In this document: one piece after another, positions 30,218 to 40,919 of the stretch
Layout: each line of letters begins with the position of its first letter
Numbering within the stretch: position 1 is the first letter of the stretch
Source of the DNA: Wickerhamiella versatilis
Lineage: Eukaryota
DNA length: 64,000 nucleotides
NCBI GenBank assembly: GCA_030867685.1
Contig: JAQOWU010000007.1
Span: forward strand, 1,364,001 to 1,428,000
Direction of reading: 5' to 3'
Program-made: the position numbers and the translations under genes
The notes under the pieces: generated by a model
Told to the model about the DNA's origin: nothing
The model's input: only the letters and a program-made list of their open reading frames with translations
Database searches by the model: none

Positions 30218-31717
30218 TTATGTACATTTTTTAAGTGCTTTTTGTATGCGTTCAGCACTACGATGTGGTCCCAAAATGGTTAGAACTTCAGCTACTGAAA
30301 TTCCGGGGCTAGAGTCTAGCAGGGCACAGCGTAGAGCCTGGAAGCACTTCTTTCGTGGGTGATGCAATTCTGATATGAACTTTCCTGCATCCTCAACTGT
30401 AAGAAATTTTAAAGGTATGATATGCTTAAGCGCATCCTCAAGAACTGGTCTTAAGGAGGCAGGGCATTGGCCCCCATCCTCTGCTGCAATCAAGGTCTTC
30501 ATCCTGGACAGAAAATCGCTCACACCAGTCACATGGTCGCCAAGAACAGTGAGTATTCTTTCTACATCACTCGAGAGAGTAAGATTGAGTTTCTCACAGC
30601 CTTTTTGACACCTTTCAACCTTTTCCTTGAATGGCAGATGCCTAAAGTGCTGTTGGTCAAAATATTCTAGCTTCGACATATCAAGTTTAATTCCTCCCTT
30701 GGTCAAATGGTCAAGTGAAAATAAGCGACAGAGCTCATTGAGATCCATTACTTCACTCCGCGAAGTTCCCACTCTTTCGTGGCGCGGGGACCAACCAAGT
30801 AATGCTGCAAAATTCACCAGCGCTTCAGGGCTAATGAATTTAGACTCTGCCAGGGAACTTACGCTGAGGTCTGACTTACGCTTGCTAAGTTTTTGTCCAT
30901 CTTTTGACAATAACAATGGCAAGTGAACAAATTGGGGTACGGACCAACCGAATGCTTCATACAGACTTTTGTGTTTTGGCGTCGATGGAAGCCACTCTTC
31001 TCCTCGAATCACATGGGATATCGCCATTTCATGATCATCTATCACATTTGCAAAGTGATATGTTGGCATCCCATCACTTTTCAGCAGAGTAAAATCATCA
31101 TATCGCGGATCGAGTGGAGAAGTTTGTGGCTGTATTGACAGCGACTTTCCATGGACTAAGTCATCAAACGTTGGGTATTTAATAGGGCTTTGGAAGCGAA
31201 GCACAAAAGGCCGACCACTGTGTGCCCATTCGTCGCTTTGTTCCTTTGGTATATGTAGGCACTTCCTATCGTAGGATGCCGTTGAATTGTGAATCCTTGC
31301 TGATTCTGCAAGCTTCGTCAGTCGCTCTTTCGAACAAAAACATCTATAAGCTACTCCAGAGTCTAAAAGTGTCGACGCAAATTTAGCGTATATATCACCT
31401 CGTTCGCTCTGGCGATATGGTCCATGTGGTCCTCCAACTAAGGGCCCCTCATCCCAATGAAGGTGCGCCCATTCTAAAGTCTGATAAATATTATTCTCAG
31501 CCCCTGGAACCAAACGTTTTCTATCCGTGTCTTCGAGTCGCAGAAGAAATTGACCATCATTATGTTTTGCCCATAAATAATTGAAGATTGCAGTTCTTAA
31601 TGACCCTAAATGAACATATCCAGTCGGTGATGGAGCAAACCGTGTACGAACCGGGCCTTGGTGCCTATCAGGTAGATGTTTTTTTGCGAGCAGACGGCCA
31701 AGGTGCCGACTTGTCAT
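30218..31717 (-). CDS. MSE1: Mitochondrial glutamyl-tRNA synthetase
   Basis: RTRFAPSPTG..HLGS, LRLEDTD, HVIRGEEW, KLSKR; first ATG 31717 gives basic presequence. Confidence 0.95.
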   Translation of the reverse strand: MTSRHLGRLLAKKHLPDRHQGPVRTRFAPSPTGYVHLGSLRTAIFNYLWAKHNDGQFLLRLEDTDRKRLVPGAENNIYQTLEWAHLHWDEGPLVGGPHGPYRQSERGDIYAKFASTLLDSGVAYRCFCSKERLTKLAESARIHNSTASYDRKCLHIPKEQSDEWAHSGRPFVLRFQSPIKYPTFDDLVHGKSLSIQPQTSPLDPRYDDFTLLKSDGMPTYHFANVIDDHEMAISHVIRGEEWLPSTPKHKSLYEAFGWSVPQFVHLPLLLSKDGQKLSKRKSDLSVSSLAESKFISPEALVNFAALLGWSPRHERVGTSRSEVMDLNELCRLFSLDHLTKGGIKLDMSKLEYFDQQHFRHLPFKEKVERCQKGCEKLNLTLSSDVERILTVLGDHVTGVSDFLSRMKTLIAAEDGGQCPASLRPVLEDALKHIIPLKFLTVEDAGKFISELHHPRKKCFQALRCALLDSSPGISVAEVLTILGPHRSAERIQKALKKCT

Positions 31718-32058
31718 GCTTACAAGACATCGAACAATCACAGCGTTAGATAGTTATAGTTATCGCTGCGTGGCGTGCTCTGCAATGGGGGTCATTATAT
31801 TTTGTTTGTATAACTCTAATTTCCAAAAAATTAGCTCTCAAGTTTAGAATATGTACAGAGAAATATAGTAAAAAACATGGATTCTTTAGATAAGAGAGTC
31901 CTAGCAACCGTTATAATTTTTCAATAGCATGACAAAAATTGTGCCGCTTTTTTCATATAAGTCAGTGTAAATTTTATCTCTAAATGGTACGTGGGATAAG
32001 AAAACAGTACTGAGCCTTTATTACCACTTAGTCACCAACTTGAGACTAGCCGAACACA

Positions 32059-33801
32059 ATGTCAGGACTCCTCACAGAGATTAGTGTTTTGGAGGAGACT
32101 GGCACCCGTGTGGCAAATCTCACTGATGAAGCTACGAAGAGAAGTACATATATTACCAATGTCATAAAGCAGGCTCGTCAACACCTTGCACCATTGTCTC
32201 AGCGCGGCCACAATCTTGAGATCTATCGTCAAGGAGCAAAGTCTGTACTTGATGTCCTATCGGAAGTACAGAGTGAAATCAATGCACTTAGGAGTCTCAA
32301 GGTGATTATAGAACAGGGTATTGATACTACAGGGCTTGAAAATTACGTGAATGCTATTGCTGAAGTTCGGGCAGTTGGGAAGCGGCTAGCTGCGCCTCCT
32401 TTGAATAACCAATTCCAAAAGATCAGCAAACTGTGTGAAGTTTTAAAAAGCCAGGGCTTAGTGCAATTGGAAGAATGGTATATTGATGCCATTAATACAG
32501 CCTATCCTCCTATTGATGGCCTTCGGTACCTTGACTCTAGTGAACCCATGCCTAACATTGATCCTGCAAGACTAGGTGCCGTACGTCTTGGTATCCAGGC
32601 ATTCGATGTTCTACACAGACCCGATGCGGCAGATACAATTTTCGGCAAGGCTTTGTCCGCGGCTACTAAAACAGCCTTGGCGTCAGCTGCAGCTAAGACA
32701 TCACAACGAACTGGCGCTCTAAACGTGAAAGCGTTTTCACTTTTGGCAGACGATGTCAAGCGTATTCTCACGGATTCTCTTCCCCTCCTGTTCAGGGAGG
32801 ATTCGCGTCTTCGATTACAGAAATTCACCGAAGTTGTTCAATCAGAATGCCAGGTGCAAATATCTAAGGTCACTGTTGAAATTTCACAACGTGCAGCGTC
32901 CTCGAGCAATCAATGGGCAATGCTTGAGGCGATTGATTCAGCACGAGGCGCATCAGGGTTTGATCAAAAGGACCTCGCAAAATATAAGGCTGATGCGTTG
33001 AAGCAACTAACTGACCTCTTTGTCGAAGTTCAAAGACGGGCACGACAAACATCACCATCAGAATCCGGAGTAGCCGGTGCAACAGTCCAGACTTTGACCC
33101 ATCTGCGAACCTTATCCCAGCCCAGTCCTCGAGCAGGCGCCGATGTGGTATTGAGTGAGATACCAATGCGAGGATACCTTCCTAATCCATTACCTGCCTG
33201 GGCTAATCGTAATCCGCCATCAGCTATGGCTCGTGCATATCCTTTGGCTCTTTATTTTGCTGATTGCATAGAATGTTTGCATGATATACTCAGTCAAGTG
33301 AGTGTTGAGAACTTCAAGGATGTAAGCCAACGCGGCGTATTTATGCTTTTCAATCTCACGGCCATAGAGCAGTCTCAAAATAAGGGGACCATCGGTCAGG
33401 TTATGGGCCAGATTGGCAAGGAGCAACTGACCAGACTGAACAAGCTGGCATTGCGTGATGCCTTGAAGGATTGGGCAGCTTTAGGACAAATGCTGATGGA
33501 GGTGCAGGTGGTCTCGCAGTCGAAACCATCCAAACTATCTTCGAAGGAACGCGATGCACTCAAAGAAACTTGCCGCCAGTTCAACCAAGAATTCGAAGTC
33601 CTCATGGAGCGACAAAAGCGTTACAACATTACAGATCCCGAGCTGCGACGCCGGTTAGTCTCGGAGATCAGGAAGTTGATTGTTCCTGTATACATCAAAT
33701 TCTATGACAAGCATTCCACCGGCGACTTCACCAAAAATGTTGACAAGTATATTAAGTGGAATAAAGACCAATTCGACGATATGCTATCTTCAATGGCTTA
33801 G
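32059..33801 (+). CDS. EXO70: Exocyst subunit Exo70
   Basis: C-terminal LSSKERD..KE....FN..FE, Y.I.DP.LR..L, P.Y..FYD......FTKN.DKYIK. Confidence 0.93.
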   Translation: MSGLLTEISVLEETGTRVANLTDEATKRSTYITNVIKQARQHLAPLSQRGHNLEIYRQGAKSVLDVLSEVQSEINALRSLKVIIEQGIDTTGLENYVNAIAEVRAVGKRLAAPPLNNQFQKISKLCEVLKSQGLVQLEEWYIDAINTAYPPIDGLRYLDSSEPMPNIDPARLGAVRLGIQAFDVLHRPDAADTIFGKALSAATKTALASAAAKTSQRTGALNVKAFSLLADDVKRILTDSLPLLFREDSRLRLQKFTEVVQSECQVQISKVTVEISQRAASSSNQWAMLEAIDSARGASGFDQKDLAKYKADALKQLTDLFVEVQRRARQTSPSESGVAGATVQTLTHLRTLSQPSPRAGADVVLSEIPMRGYLPNPLPAWANRNPPSAMARAYPLALYFADCIECLHDILSQVSVENFKDVSQRGVFMLFNLTAIEQSQNKGTIGQVMGQIGKEQLTRLNKLALRDALKDWAALGQMLMEVQVVSQSKPSKLSSKERDALKETCRQFNQEFEVLMERQKRYNITDPELRRRLVSEIRKLIVPVYIKFYDKHSTGDFTKNVDKYIKWNKDQFDDMLSSMA

Positions 33802-33814
33802 CTAGCGTAGCTAG

Positions 33815-34543
33815 TTAAAATACGATCAAAAGAATAAATAATATTAAAACAAGGCATGTAATAATAAGACAAGAGCCATGCTCACGCATTTTGTGGTTGA
33901 TAACCTTCACACCTTCTGTCGCATTACCAAGTCGTAGCTCCGAGCGATCAGCTTGCATTTCAAGGTCTCCCAAAAGGTCAATGTGGGTGCGAATTTCACT
34001 ATTTACGTCAGTTCCAATATGCCTTTGTCTTTCAACGCTCTCCCCCAGTGTATACAGACGGCGGTCCTGGTCTAGCAACATTTCCTCGTTAGTATCGTAG
34101 ACATCATCTGAGACTGGGGCATCTGGGTCATCCCTGTAGTGTAATTCATTAGGCTCATCACTAAATCTTACACTTTTCTTTGAGTTGCGTGATACCGACA
34201 TATTTGGTTCAGTATTTTCGTGGGATGATGATGATTGATTCCATTCGTTTTTCGGGGGTTCGCCACCTAACGCTGGATCCAGCGGCCCAAGGCCTTCAAC
34301 TGGATCTGACAGCTCGTAAGGTTCTGTGTCAAAGCCAATATCTCTTAATTGTGCAATGAGGCTTTTATACTGTCTTCGGAGGCTATTATCGCCTCCGGTG
34401 GCAGGACGTAGACTAGAGAGCAAACTTGTGATATCATCCCTTTCTTGAGAAGTGGGTTCAACACCTATTAAATCTAGGCGCCTTTGCTCAGTAATGAGAT
34501 CCTGTAGGCGCTCGCATTGCAATTTAAACCGAGCAGTGGCCAT
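33815..34543 (-). CDS. SYN8: Endosomal Qc-SNARE Syn8 (syntaxin-8-like)
   Basis: KKSVRF.D, QD..L..L..SV.RQ...G..V..E...H..LL.DL, C-terminal TM anchor. Confidence 0.85.
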   Translation of the reverse strand: MATARFKLQCERLQDLITEQRRLDLIGVEPTSQERDDITSLLSSLRPATGGDNSLRRQYKSLIAQLRDIGFDTEPYELSDPVEGLGPLDPALGGEPPKNEWNQSSSSHENTEPNMSVSRNSKKSVRFSDEPNELHYRDDPDAPVSDDVYDTNEEMLLDQDRRLYTLGESVERQRHIGTDVNSEIRTHIDLLGDLEMQADRSELRLGNATEGVKVINHKMREHGSCLIITCLVLILFILLIVF

Positions 34544-34606
34544 GAGGAATACTTAATTACGTAATTTACTAGATCCAGATAATGAATATCCAGAACGTGG
34601 ACTAAT

Positions 34607-36259
34607 TTAATCTGTAGCTCCAATTGCCCATCCCAGGCCTCTAACGAATAGGTTCTGAAGTTGCGGTGTTCCTGACCTCTCGTTAGGTTGAGGAGATAAT
34701 CTATCGACGGTATCTTGTTTAGCATCCGTTACTGATGAAGCAATGTTGGCTCCTACATCATCATCAGTCTCCACAGAGTCCAACGCTTGCCAGGCCGAGA
34801 GTACAGATGATAAATCAGCCGCTGGGCAAGTTCTGAGACTTCGAGCTAGAAGTTCCCGCTGGCGAGCGACCACTGCTGCAGGCCGACCATCGTCCCAGTC
34901 GGGTGATATGAATTTCCCAGCTTGTAGACATGCAAGCCATGCTCCGGATCCTTTAACAGAGTCACAAAGGCGAGCAGCTGCTTTGAAGTCATTTTGAGCC
35001 AGAGCCGCTTCAACACATGCCTCTCGGACGTCTTCCTCATCCACTGGTGAGAATACCTTGGTTAGCTCCGTTGGCCGTCGATAGGCTTCAGGAGTGTTCT
35101 CTAATGCTAGAGATACAAGCTTCATAGGATCAGCACCATTAAGAACCTGCTCGGATGGTACATTGAATTTGACGACCTTTTGGACAACACTTAGTTGTTC
35201 CCGAGACTTTTGCAAGCTAGCACAATTCTCAGGGCATAAATCAAGAGCAGAACGTGCATGTGCCACTGAAACTGTACCAACTTCTAATCCGCGCACTAAT
35301 CGTTGGACCTCCGCGATCAGTAAATCCTGCGGGTACTTTTGACTTGCAATGAACATAAAACGCTCTCCCCTAAGCGCACCACGCAATACATGTGCATCAA
35401 AGTCTCTTTGGTTTATAGCACTGAATACAGTCCGCTTTAAAACTTCAAGGTCGCTAGGCATAGTACGCCAATGCCGTTGTGCGGACACAAACTGATCCAG
35501 AACCGCTAGTGTGCCGAAGTTAGGATCTTTGATATCCGAAAAGTTTAGCGGACCGAGTGGAACTAGTATACGGCCTGCCTCAGCTAAACTTCGCCATTGT
35601 TTATTGTTAGCGGCGTCGGCAACGCTGGAAACAAGTTGCCAACTGGAAGTTGGAGAGTCATTACAGAGCTCAAAAATAGCACTTTGGACTTCTTGGATAG
35701 CAGCTAAACTGGCAACCTCACTCAAAGGCTTTTTCGACACCCAACGGCTAAGGATATCCAAATGCCCCACGTAATGCAAATAGGGAAGAACAAGTACCTC
35801 CAAGGCCGCTCGCAAGTTGTATCCAGGACAACTAAATAATCTTTCAACATTTTCCTCGGGGCTGGCAGACTCAAATTCTGAGAGAGAAAGTTTATTGTTG
35901 CCACTAATGCTACGATATAGCTTGAGAACCCTGGCGACACTGGTATACCACCTTCCTGGTGGAGAGCATGCAGGATCCAGCCCACCGAAAAATGCATCTG
36001 TCTGTCTTACTCTCAATTTTTCGAACAATTCAGGATCATCCGTCCGAAGCCACCCAACCTTTTGGCATTCTTCGGCAACATATTGAAGAACGTCTGGGGG
36101 AATATCAATAGGTGAGCTTGACGACTCGGGCGCATCACCCAAGAGATCTATCCAAGATTTTGATGGCTCAGTTTCTGGTACCAAGACCAAAATAAGGCTC
36201 CAAGGGCTACTTGGCGCGAATGGATCGCTGTATCCCGACCGGCGGGCCAACAACTCCAT
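34607..36259 (-). CDS. SEC39: Dsl1 tether subunit Sec39 (shortened)
   Basis: LPY, AL.....AY, A.L..NDF..A, W..C.Q.GK, ELL...L..CP, GLGWAIGA terminus. Confidence 0.78.
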   Translation of the reverse strand: MELLARRSGYSDPFAPSSPWSLILVLVPETEPSKSWIDLLGDAPESSSSPIDIPPDVLQYVAEECQKVGWLRTDDPELFEKLRVRQTDAFFGGLDPACSPPGRWYTSVARVLKLYRSISGNNKLSLSEFESASPEENVERLFSCPGYNLRAALEVLVLPYLHYVGHLDILSRWVSKKPLSEVASLAAIQEVQSAIFELCNDSPTSSWQLVSSVADAANNKQWRSLAEAGRILVPLGPLNFSDIKDPNFGTLAVLDQFVSAQRHWRTMPSDLEVLKRTVFSAINQRDFDAHVLRGALRGERFMFIASQKYPQDLLIAEVQRLVRGLEVGTVSVAHARSALDLCPENCASLQKSREQLSVVQKVVKFNVPSEQVLNGADPMKLVSLALENTPEAYRRPTELTKVFSPVDEEDVREACVEAALAQNDFKAAARLCDSVKGSGAWLACLQAGKFISPDWDDGRPAAVVARQRELLARSLRTCPAADLSSVLSAWQALDSVETDDDVGANIASSVTDAKQDTVDRLSPQPNERSGTPQLQNLFVRGLGWAIGATD

Positions 36260-36300
36260 GGGGTTAAGTAATCACTCAGTGACAATTCATTGATGTACAG

Positions 36301-36870
36301 ATGAGCCTTCCGGCTTCATTGCACTGGAATGATGAAGAACTAAAGATCAAGGCTTCTCTTGAGAACGAGGAGTTGTTAGAACTTCACGATTCTGTAAGTC
36401 GTCACGATGTTGGAGCGAAACGTGATGAGGCAACTTCGTTAGTGAAGTCTTTGGCAAAAAGCATGGAGCTTGAATTCGAAAATTTAGTGAGTGACGCCCA
36501 AAAAATTGCAGGAAATCGTGCAAGCGTGCAGCGTGATGTGGCTGAGCTGCAACATCAAGCCGCAAAGCTCAAATTACAGAGAAGTGCTGCAGAGAATGCG
36601 ATGCATGAACGCGCGGAACTGTCGCTTGAAATCGAGGCAGCACTCAGCACAAAAGTTTGCGGGATTCCATTAAGTACGCCAAAGGAAGACGTCAAAAAAG
36701 AAAGTGACCTTCTCATTTCGGAAATTGATGAATTGGAACGGGCCATGGAGGCAGCGACAGAGGAATACCAGGCAAGAAAGGCCATGTCAGAGGAACTTGA
36801 GCGCCTGGCTCGTGATCTACATGAGAGAATAGAGACATCTTATATGCAGCAAGCACACAATGAAGTTTAA
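36301..36870 (+). CDS. Coiled-coil protein, possibly THO complex subunit THOC7/Mft1
   Basis: All-helical 189 aa; C-terminal half spacing resembles THOC7 from memory; weak. Confidence 0.45.
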   Translation: MSLPASLHWNDEELKIKASLENEELLELHDSVSRHDVGAKRDEATSLVKSLAKSMELEFENLVSDAQKIAGNRASVQRDVAELQHQAAKLKLQRSAAENAMHERAELSLEIEAALSTKVCGIPLSTPKEDVKKESDLLISEIDELERAMEAATEEYQARKAMSEELERLARDLHERIETSYMQQAHNEV

Positions 36871-36999
36871 AGAAAAAAAGATTCACTATATTGATTGCAC
36901 ACTTCATGGATTATATATGTTCTACCAATTAATATCATCATGTTACTAGCAGAAACGCAGCGTTAAATAATGGGAATTAAGCATCGTAGTACTTTGACT

Positions 37000-37977
37000 T
37001 CACTGTGGGAAGCGAAATTCGGGTCCTCTCGAACCTCCAAACGTGGCCGTTTTGCGAGGCCGCATATTATACCTGAACCTCTGTAACTCCTGCTCACAAA
37101 CTGTGCGGTGGGATGCATCGTTCATCCCAATATAGTTTTCTGGATGACATCGCTTTGAATGTTTGTCGTAAAAATGAGAATAACCGCCGTCCAAAATAAC
37201 TATGTCAGGAAACGTTAGGCGGGGGTAAAGCTGTCGATTTCGCTGACGGTCGCAATGGCGCAGATGCGCTGCCAAAAGAGGCCCCCGGAAGGCTGAATAC
37301 TCACAATGGAATACCAGCAAAACCCGTTCGTCTGTTTCCTGGGCATTATTGATAAGGGTTTGTTCAAGCTTGGCTTTGGTGTTGATGTTTAAAGCGCCAT
37401 TGATGTGACCCCCCTCGAATTCATATTCAAACCGGCAATCGATTACGACTATACGGGAGAATAGGTTATGATAAACTCCATCAAGGAGCTCACAAAGTGT
37501 ATCGCGGGTGATCCTAGGAAAACGATCAGTTTCGACTGTGAATGTTGAGATTTCCCCGACATTTGGCCTTGGCTCTATAAGCTCATTGTTGTCTGAGTGA
37601 TTATCAGCAATCAATTCCTCAGGAGATGCAAACATGGACTGAGTGCGACGTACCTTGGCAGGGGGAAAGCCTAATCTTGGTAGGTTAAAAGTAGAGCGCA
37701 TCGCACGTCCACCCAAGGGTGAGCTTGAATTAGGAGACCCGGTCCCATCGAAGAAACGTGGCACTGAAAGATGTCTTCGAGACCTTCTAATGCTATCCAC
37801 AGGAGTTTTGTCCTGGTCTTCGTCTAGGCCTGGTCCGAGACTACGATGCGGAGACTTAGGTGCGGCAACACGCCCCGAGAAATTACTGATGTCATTAAGC
37901 AAAGGGCGCGCAGTCGATGCTGTCATTATCTCCCTCATAGACAAAGAGAAATGTTTGCTCCTTTCGGGATCGTGCAT
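37000..37977 (-). CDS. MIH1: Cdc25-family M-phase inducer phosphatase
   Basis: IDCRFEYEFEGGHI.GA.N, HCEYSAFRGP active site, LDGGY. Confidence 0.96.
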   Translation of the reverse strand: MHDPERSKHFSLSMREIMTASTARPLLNDISNFSGRVAAPKSPHRSLGPGLDEDQDKTPVDSIRRSRRHLSVPRFFDGTGSPNSSSPLGGRAMRSTFNLPRLGFPPAKVRRTQSMFASPEELIADNHSDNNELIEPRPNVGEISTFTVETDRFPRITRDTLCELLDGVYHNLFSRIVVIDCRFEYEFEGGHINGALNINTKAKLEQTLINNAQETDERVLLVFHCEYSAFRGPLLAAHLRHCDRQRNRQLYPRLTFPDIVILDGGYSHFYDKHSKRCHPENYIGMNDASHRTVCEQELQRFRYNMRPRKTATFGGSRGPEFRFPQ

Positions 37978-38652
37978 GACGTCTATTTACCTTCAGCCAG
38001 TGATTTGTCAGTACCAACAATTAGTTAAGAACTTCAAGCTTGCAAAGCCATGCAGAGGATGTTCTGGCTTCGATACTTAAATAAAATTTCATAATATTTA
38101 ATAAAATCAATAAAGGGCTAGATATATCACATTTTTCGTGGTTCTTCGACTAGTTCGGAAGCTCTCATTATGTTTAGTGCACACAGCCCTTACCCTAACA
38201 CTGTGGTGATACAGCCTATAACATCTTTTTTTTTCTCGATAACGAGGCTTATTTACTAAGTTCGAGGCTCATAATATGTCTTATTGAAGGGTTTCACTTT
38301 CTAGTCTATTTTTGATAAGCATTGTATAATGAATCGTGTCGAAAAGGTTAAAATATGTTTACTGATGTACATGCACGACGCAAATCGCACTTGCCAAACT
38401 GGACTCGGTAACAATAGTTAGTTGTATACTATTTGATATTCTATCACTTTAAAATTGCTATTGCAAAGTTTTTGTTGCGGGCGTTATGTCCTGGCCCATT
38501 ACTGGAAAGAATGCATAGAAGAATGCATGACCCTAGCCCAAATATTATGTTGGATCCTTACAATTAAGCACAGCGAAATGGACCACCCAAATTATACTCA
38601 TGCATGCTTGATGTCATACTCGACCCCTTAAAGACGGGGAGATACCGAGTAC

Positions 38653-40860
38653 CTATTGCGTGAGGCTCATTTCAGTCAATACGTAGTCCAAGGCGTAACT
38701 TGCAGATAGCACTTCGTTAATTCGACCATAATGCCTTTCACTATACGCGAGCAATGCCTTGATCTTGTCATGAGGGATCTCTTGGGGGTCTCTTCGGGCA
38801 AGCATGACATTAAGAACTCGTTGAGCTACCAGTGAGGTCCTACTATTAGTGTTCCAATCTCTCACCCGCTCAATGAGTTTGAGAGAATGCTCCTGATCAA
38901 GGCTGGCTATGACATCATCCACGCTTTTCAAGCCACTGATTGATCCAGGTTCCTGTTTTTGAGTGACGCTTTTTAGAAGATTGAGAAGTCTCATCGGATG
39001 CTTAAGTTCAAGGGCTAAAGTTATAGCTTTTTCCCACTCTTCAGCTCTGATTCGATTTTCCAACTCCTGTTCCTTTTCAACTTGTTCTGAATGCTGTTCG
39101 TCTTGGCGTTCCTGCTCTTCGACGGTACAGTCCTCCCATACTTTGACTGCACCATCACCACCACCGCTGATGATTGAGCCATCCTTTCCCTGAGTGAGGG
39201 CCCACACCTTGTCTACATGGCCGTCTAATGTTGCAGTGCATTCTGAGGATTGCTTATCCCAGATTTTGACTAAACCATCACCACCAGCACTTGCAATATA
39301 AGTAGGCGCTGCCAGGACTTTCAACACGGAATTCAAATGTCCTTCGAAAGTTCGTTGACAGCTGAAGTCATGTAAGCTCCACAGCCTGACGGTCTTATCA
39401 CCAGAACCGCTAACTAATTGGTTCCCAGGGGAAAACTTTACACTCCATACACCTCGTCGATGGCCACGGAGTATACCTAAACACTCTCCACTGTCAGTTG
39501 AAAAAACCTTTGCTGTGCGATCTTGTGAACCAGTAGCAAAATACTTGTCATCGTTAGAAACATCCAAAGCATTAATATCTTTATCATGGGCCTTTCGGGT
39601 ATAAGTGGCATTTCCATCAGCGCCCCAACGCTTAATTGTCAGATCTTCCGATCCTGTCAGAACAAATTTCGGTAGAGAACCTGAGCGACTCAGAGCTACA
39701 GCACCGATTGCACCCGTATGACCACTAAAGACCGCCTTGCACTCAGAGGTTCTTGTATCCCAAAGTCTTGCTGTTTTGTCCTTACTGGCAGAAATTAACC
39801 ATGGGCCCAAAACGTCAATGGCAATAACAATATCGCTGTGACCCACTAAAGGAAGAAATTCCAAGGGTTTGTTTATATTCGCAATACGGATATCCTGTGA
39901 GTTTGTGGCCAGAGCGAGGCCTTGATCAACAGGCTGCAGGTCTATGACCTCGCTATGGTTTGTGGTAAGATACTGGACCGGCTCTAAAGTCTCTCCAGAA
40001 AGAACCACGATTGTTTGATCGCTTAAAATAGAAAATAGATTTTCCCCAACGGTATATACAGTTGTAATTTCGGCCTCATCATGAGGCAGAGACCATTGTG
40101 AGACCACATCCCCCGAGAGGTCCCAAAGCTTCACAAAAGCAGGTGAAGCCGTCCATATATATTTACCAAGAATGAGGCCAATAGACTCTACCTCTGCCTC
40201 AACATTTAATGTATGCTGTAAATCTTTGCCACTCCATAAGGATACAATTCTATCCCGACCAGCAGACAGCAAGACAGACCCGTTGGATGTCCAGACGACA
40301 CCTCTTACAGATGCTACATGATTTGTGAGAGAATAGGCACACTTCCCGGTGGTAAGATCCCAGACTCGGACCGTTGTATCATCAGAGCCCGAGGCCAACT
40401 TCCAATTAGGGTCACCTAGCTTGCTCCAGAAAGCTAGACTATTAACTATTCCTCCATGGCCTCGAAGCCTGTGGGTCAACACGAAACTACGCAAATCCCA
40501 TACCTTTACAGCACCCTCCGCTCCGCCAGAAGCAGCAAGGGTTGATGTTGAGTCGATAGCCAATACTGAGATGACGGATTCATGTGCCTTGGAAAACGTT
40601 TTCAGACGTTCGCCAGTTTCCAATGAATATATATGTATTTGAAGAGAATGAGAAGCAATTAGTAGCATATTAAGGTCAGGAGATACTGCCAGAGCGCTCG
40701 GAGATTCCCCATCACTACGAATAAGGTGCTTTCGTAAACCGGTAGATAGGTCTGTAACGACCACATCATCATCAAGGGTCGATACTAGCAAATTTTGAGA
40801 GACCACAATTGGTGGTCCGGACGAAATTGGCTCAATCGCACCGGTTGTACGAAATAGCAT
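38653..40860 (-). CDS. UTP13: SSU processome WD40 protein Utp13
   Basis: Many WD40 repeats, AHDKDIN, GHRRGVWSV.FS, C-terminal A..LAL.L.HP, DWNTN.R...AQ, YSERH. Confidence 0.95.
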   Translation of the reverse strand: MLFRTTGAIEPISSGPPIVVSQNLLVSTLDDDVVVTDLSTGLRKHLIRSDGESPSALAVSPDLNMLLIASHSLQIHIYSLETGERLKTFSKAHESVISVLAIDSTSTLAASGGAEGAVKVWDLRSFVLTHRLRGHGGIVNSLAFWSKLGDPNWKLASGSDDTTVRVWDLTTGKCAYSLTNHVASVRGVVWTSNGSVLLSAGRDRIVSLWSGKDLQHTLNVEAEVESIGLILGKYIWTASPAFVKLWDLSGDVVSQWSLPHDEAEITTVYTVGENLFSILSDQTIVVLSGETLEPVQYLTTNHSEVIDLQPVDQGLALATNSQDIRIANINKPLEFLPLVGHSDIVIAIDVLGPWLISASKDKTARLWDTRTSECKAVFSGHTGAIGAVALSRSGSLPKFVLTGSEDLTIKRWGADGNATYTRKAHDKDINALDVSNDDKYFATGSQDRTAKVFSTDSGECLGILRGHRRGVWSVKFSPGNQLVSGSGDKTVRLWSLHDFSCQRTFEGHLNSVLKVLAAPTYIASAGGDGLVKIWDKQSSECTATLDGHVDKVWALTQGKDGSIISGGGDGAVKVWEDCTVEEQERQDEQHSEQVEKEQELENRIRAEEWEKAITLALELKHPMRLLNLLKSVTQKQEPGSISGLKSVDDVIASLDQEHSLKLIERVRDWNTNSRTSLVAQRVLNVMLARRDPQEIPHDKIKALLAYSERHYGRINEVLSASYALDYVLTEMSLTQ

Positions 40861-40919
40861 GCTTTTTCGCTGGATGAAAAATTACATAAGCACCGGTGTA
40901 TACGATCAGTTTATCGACA

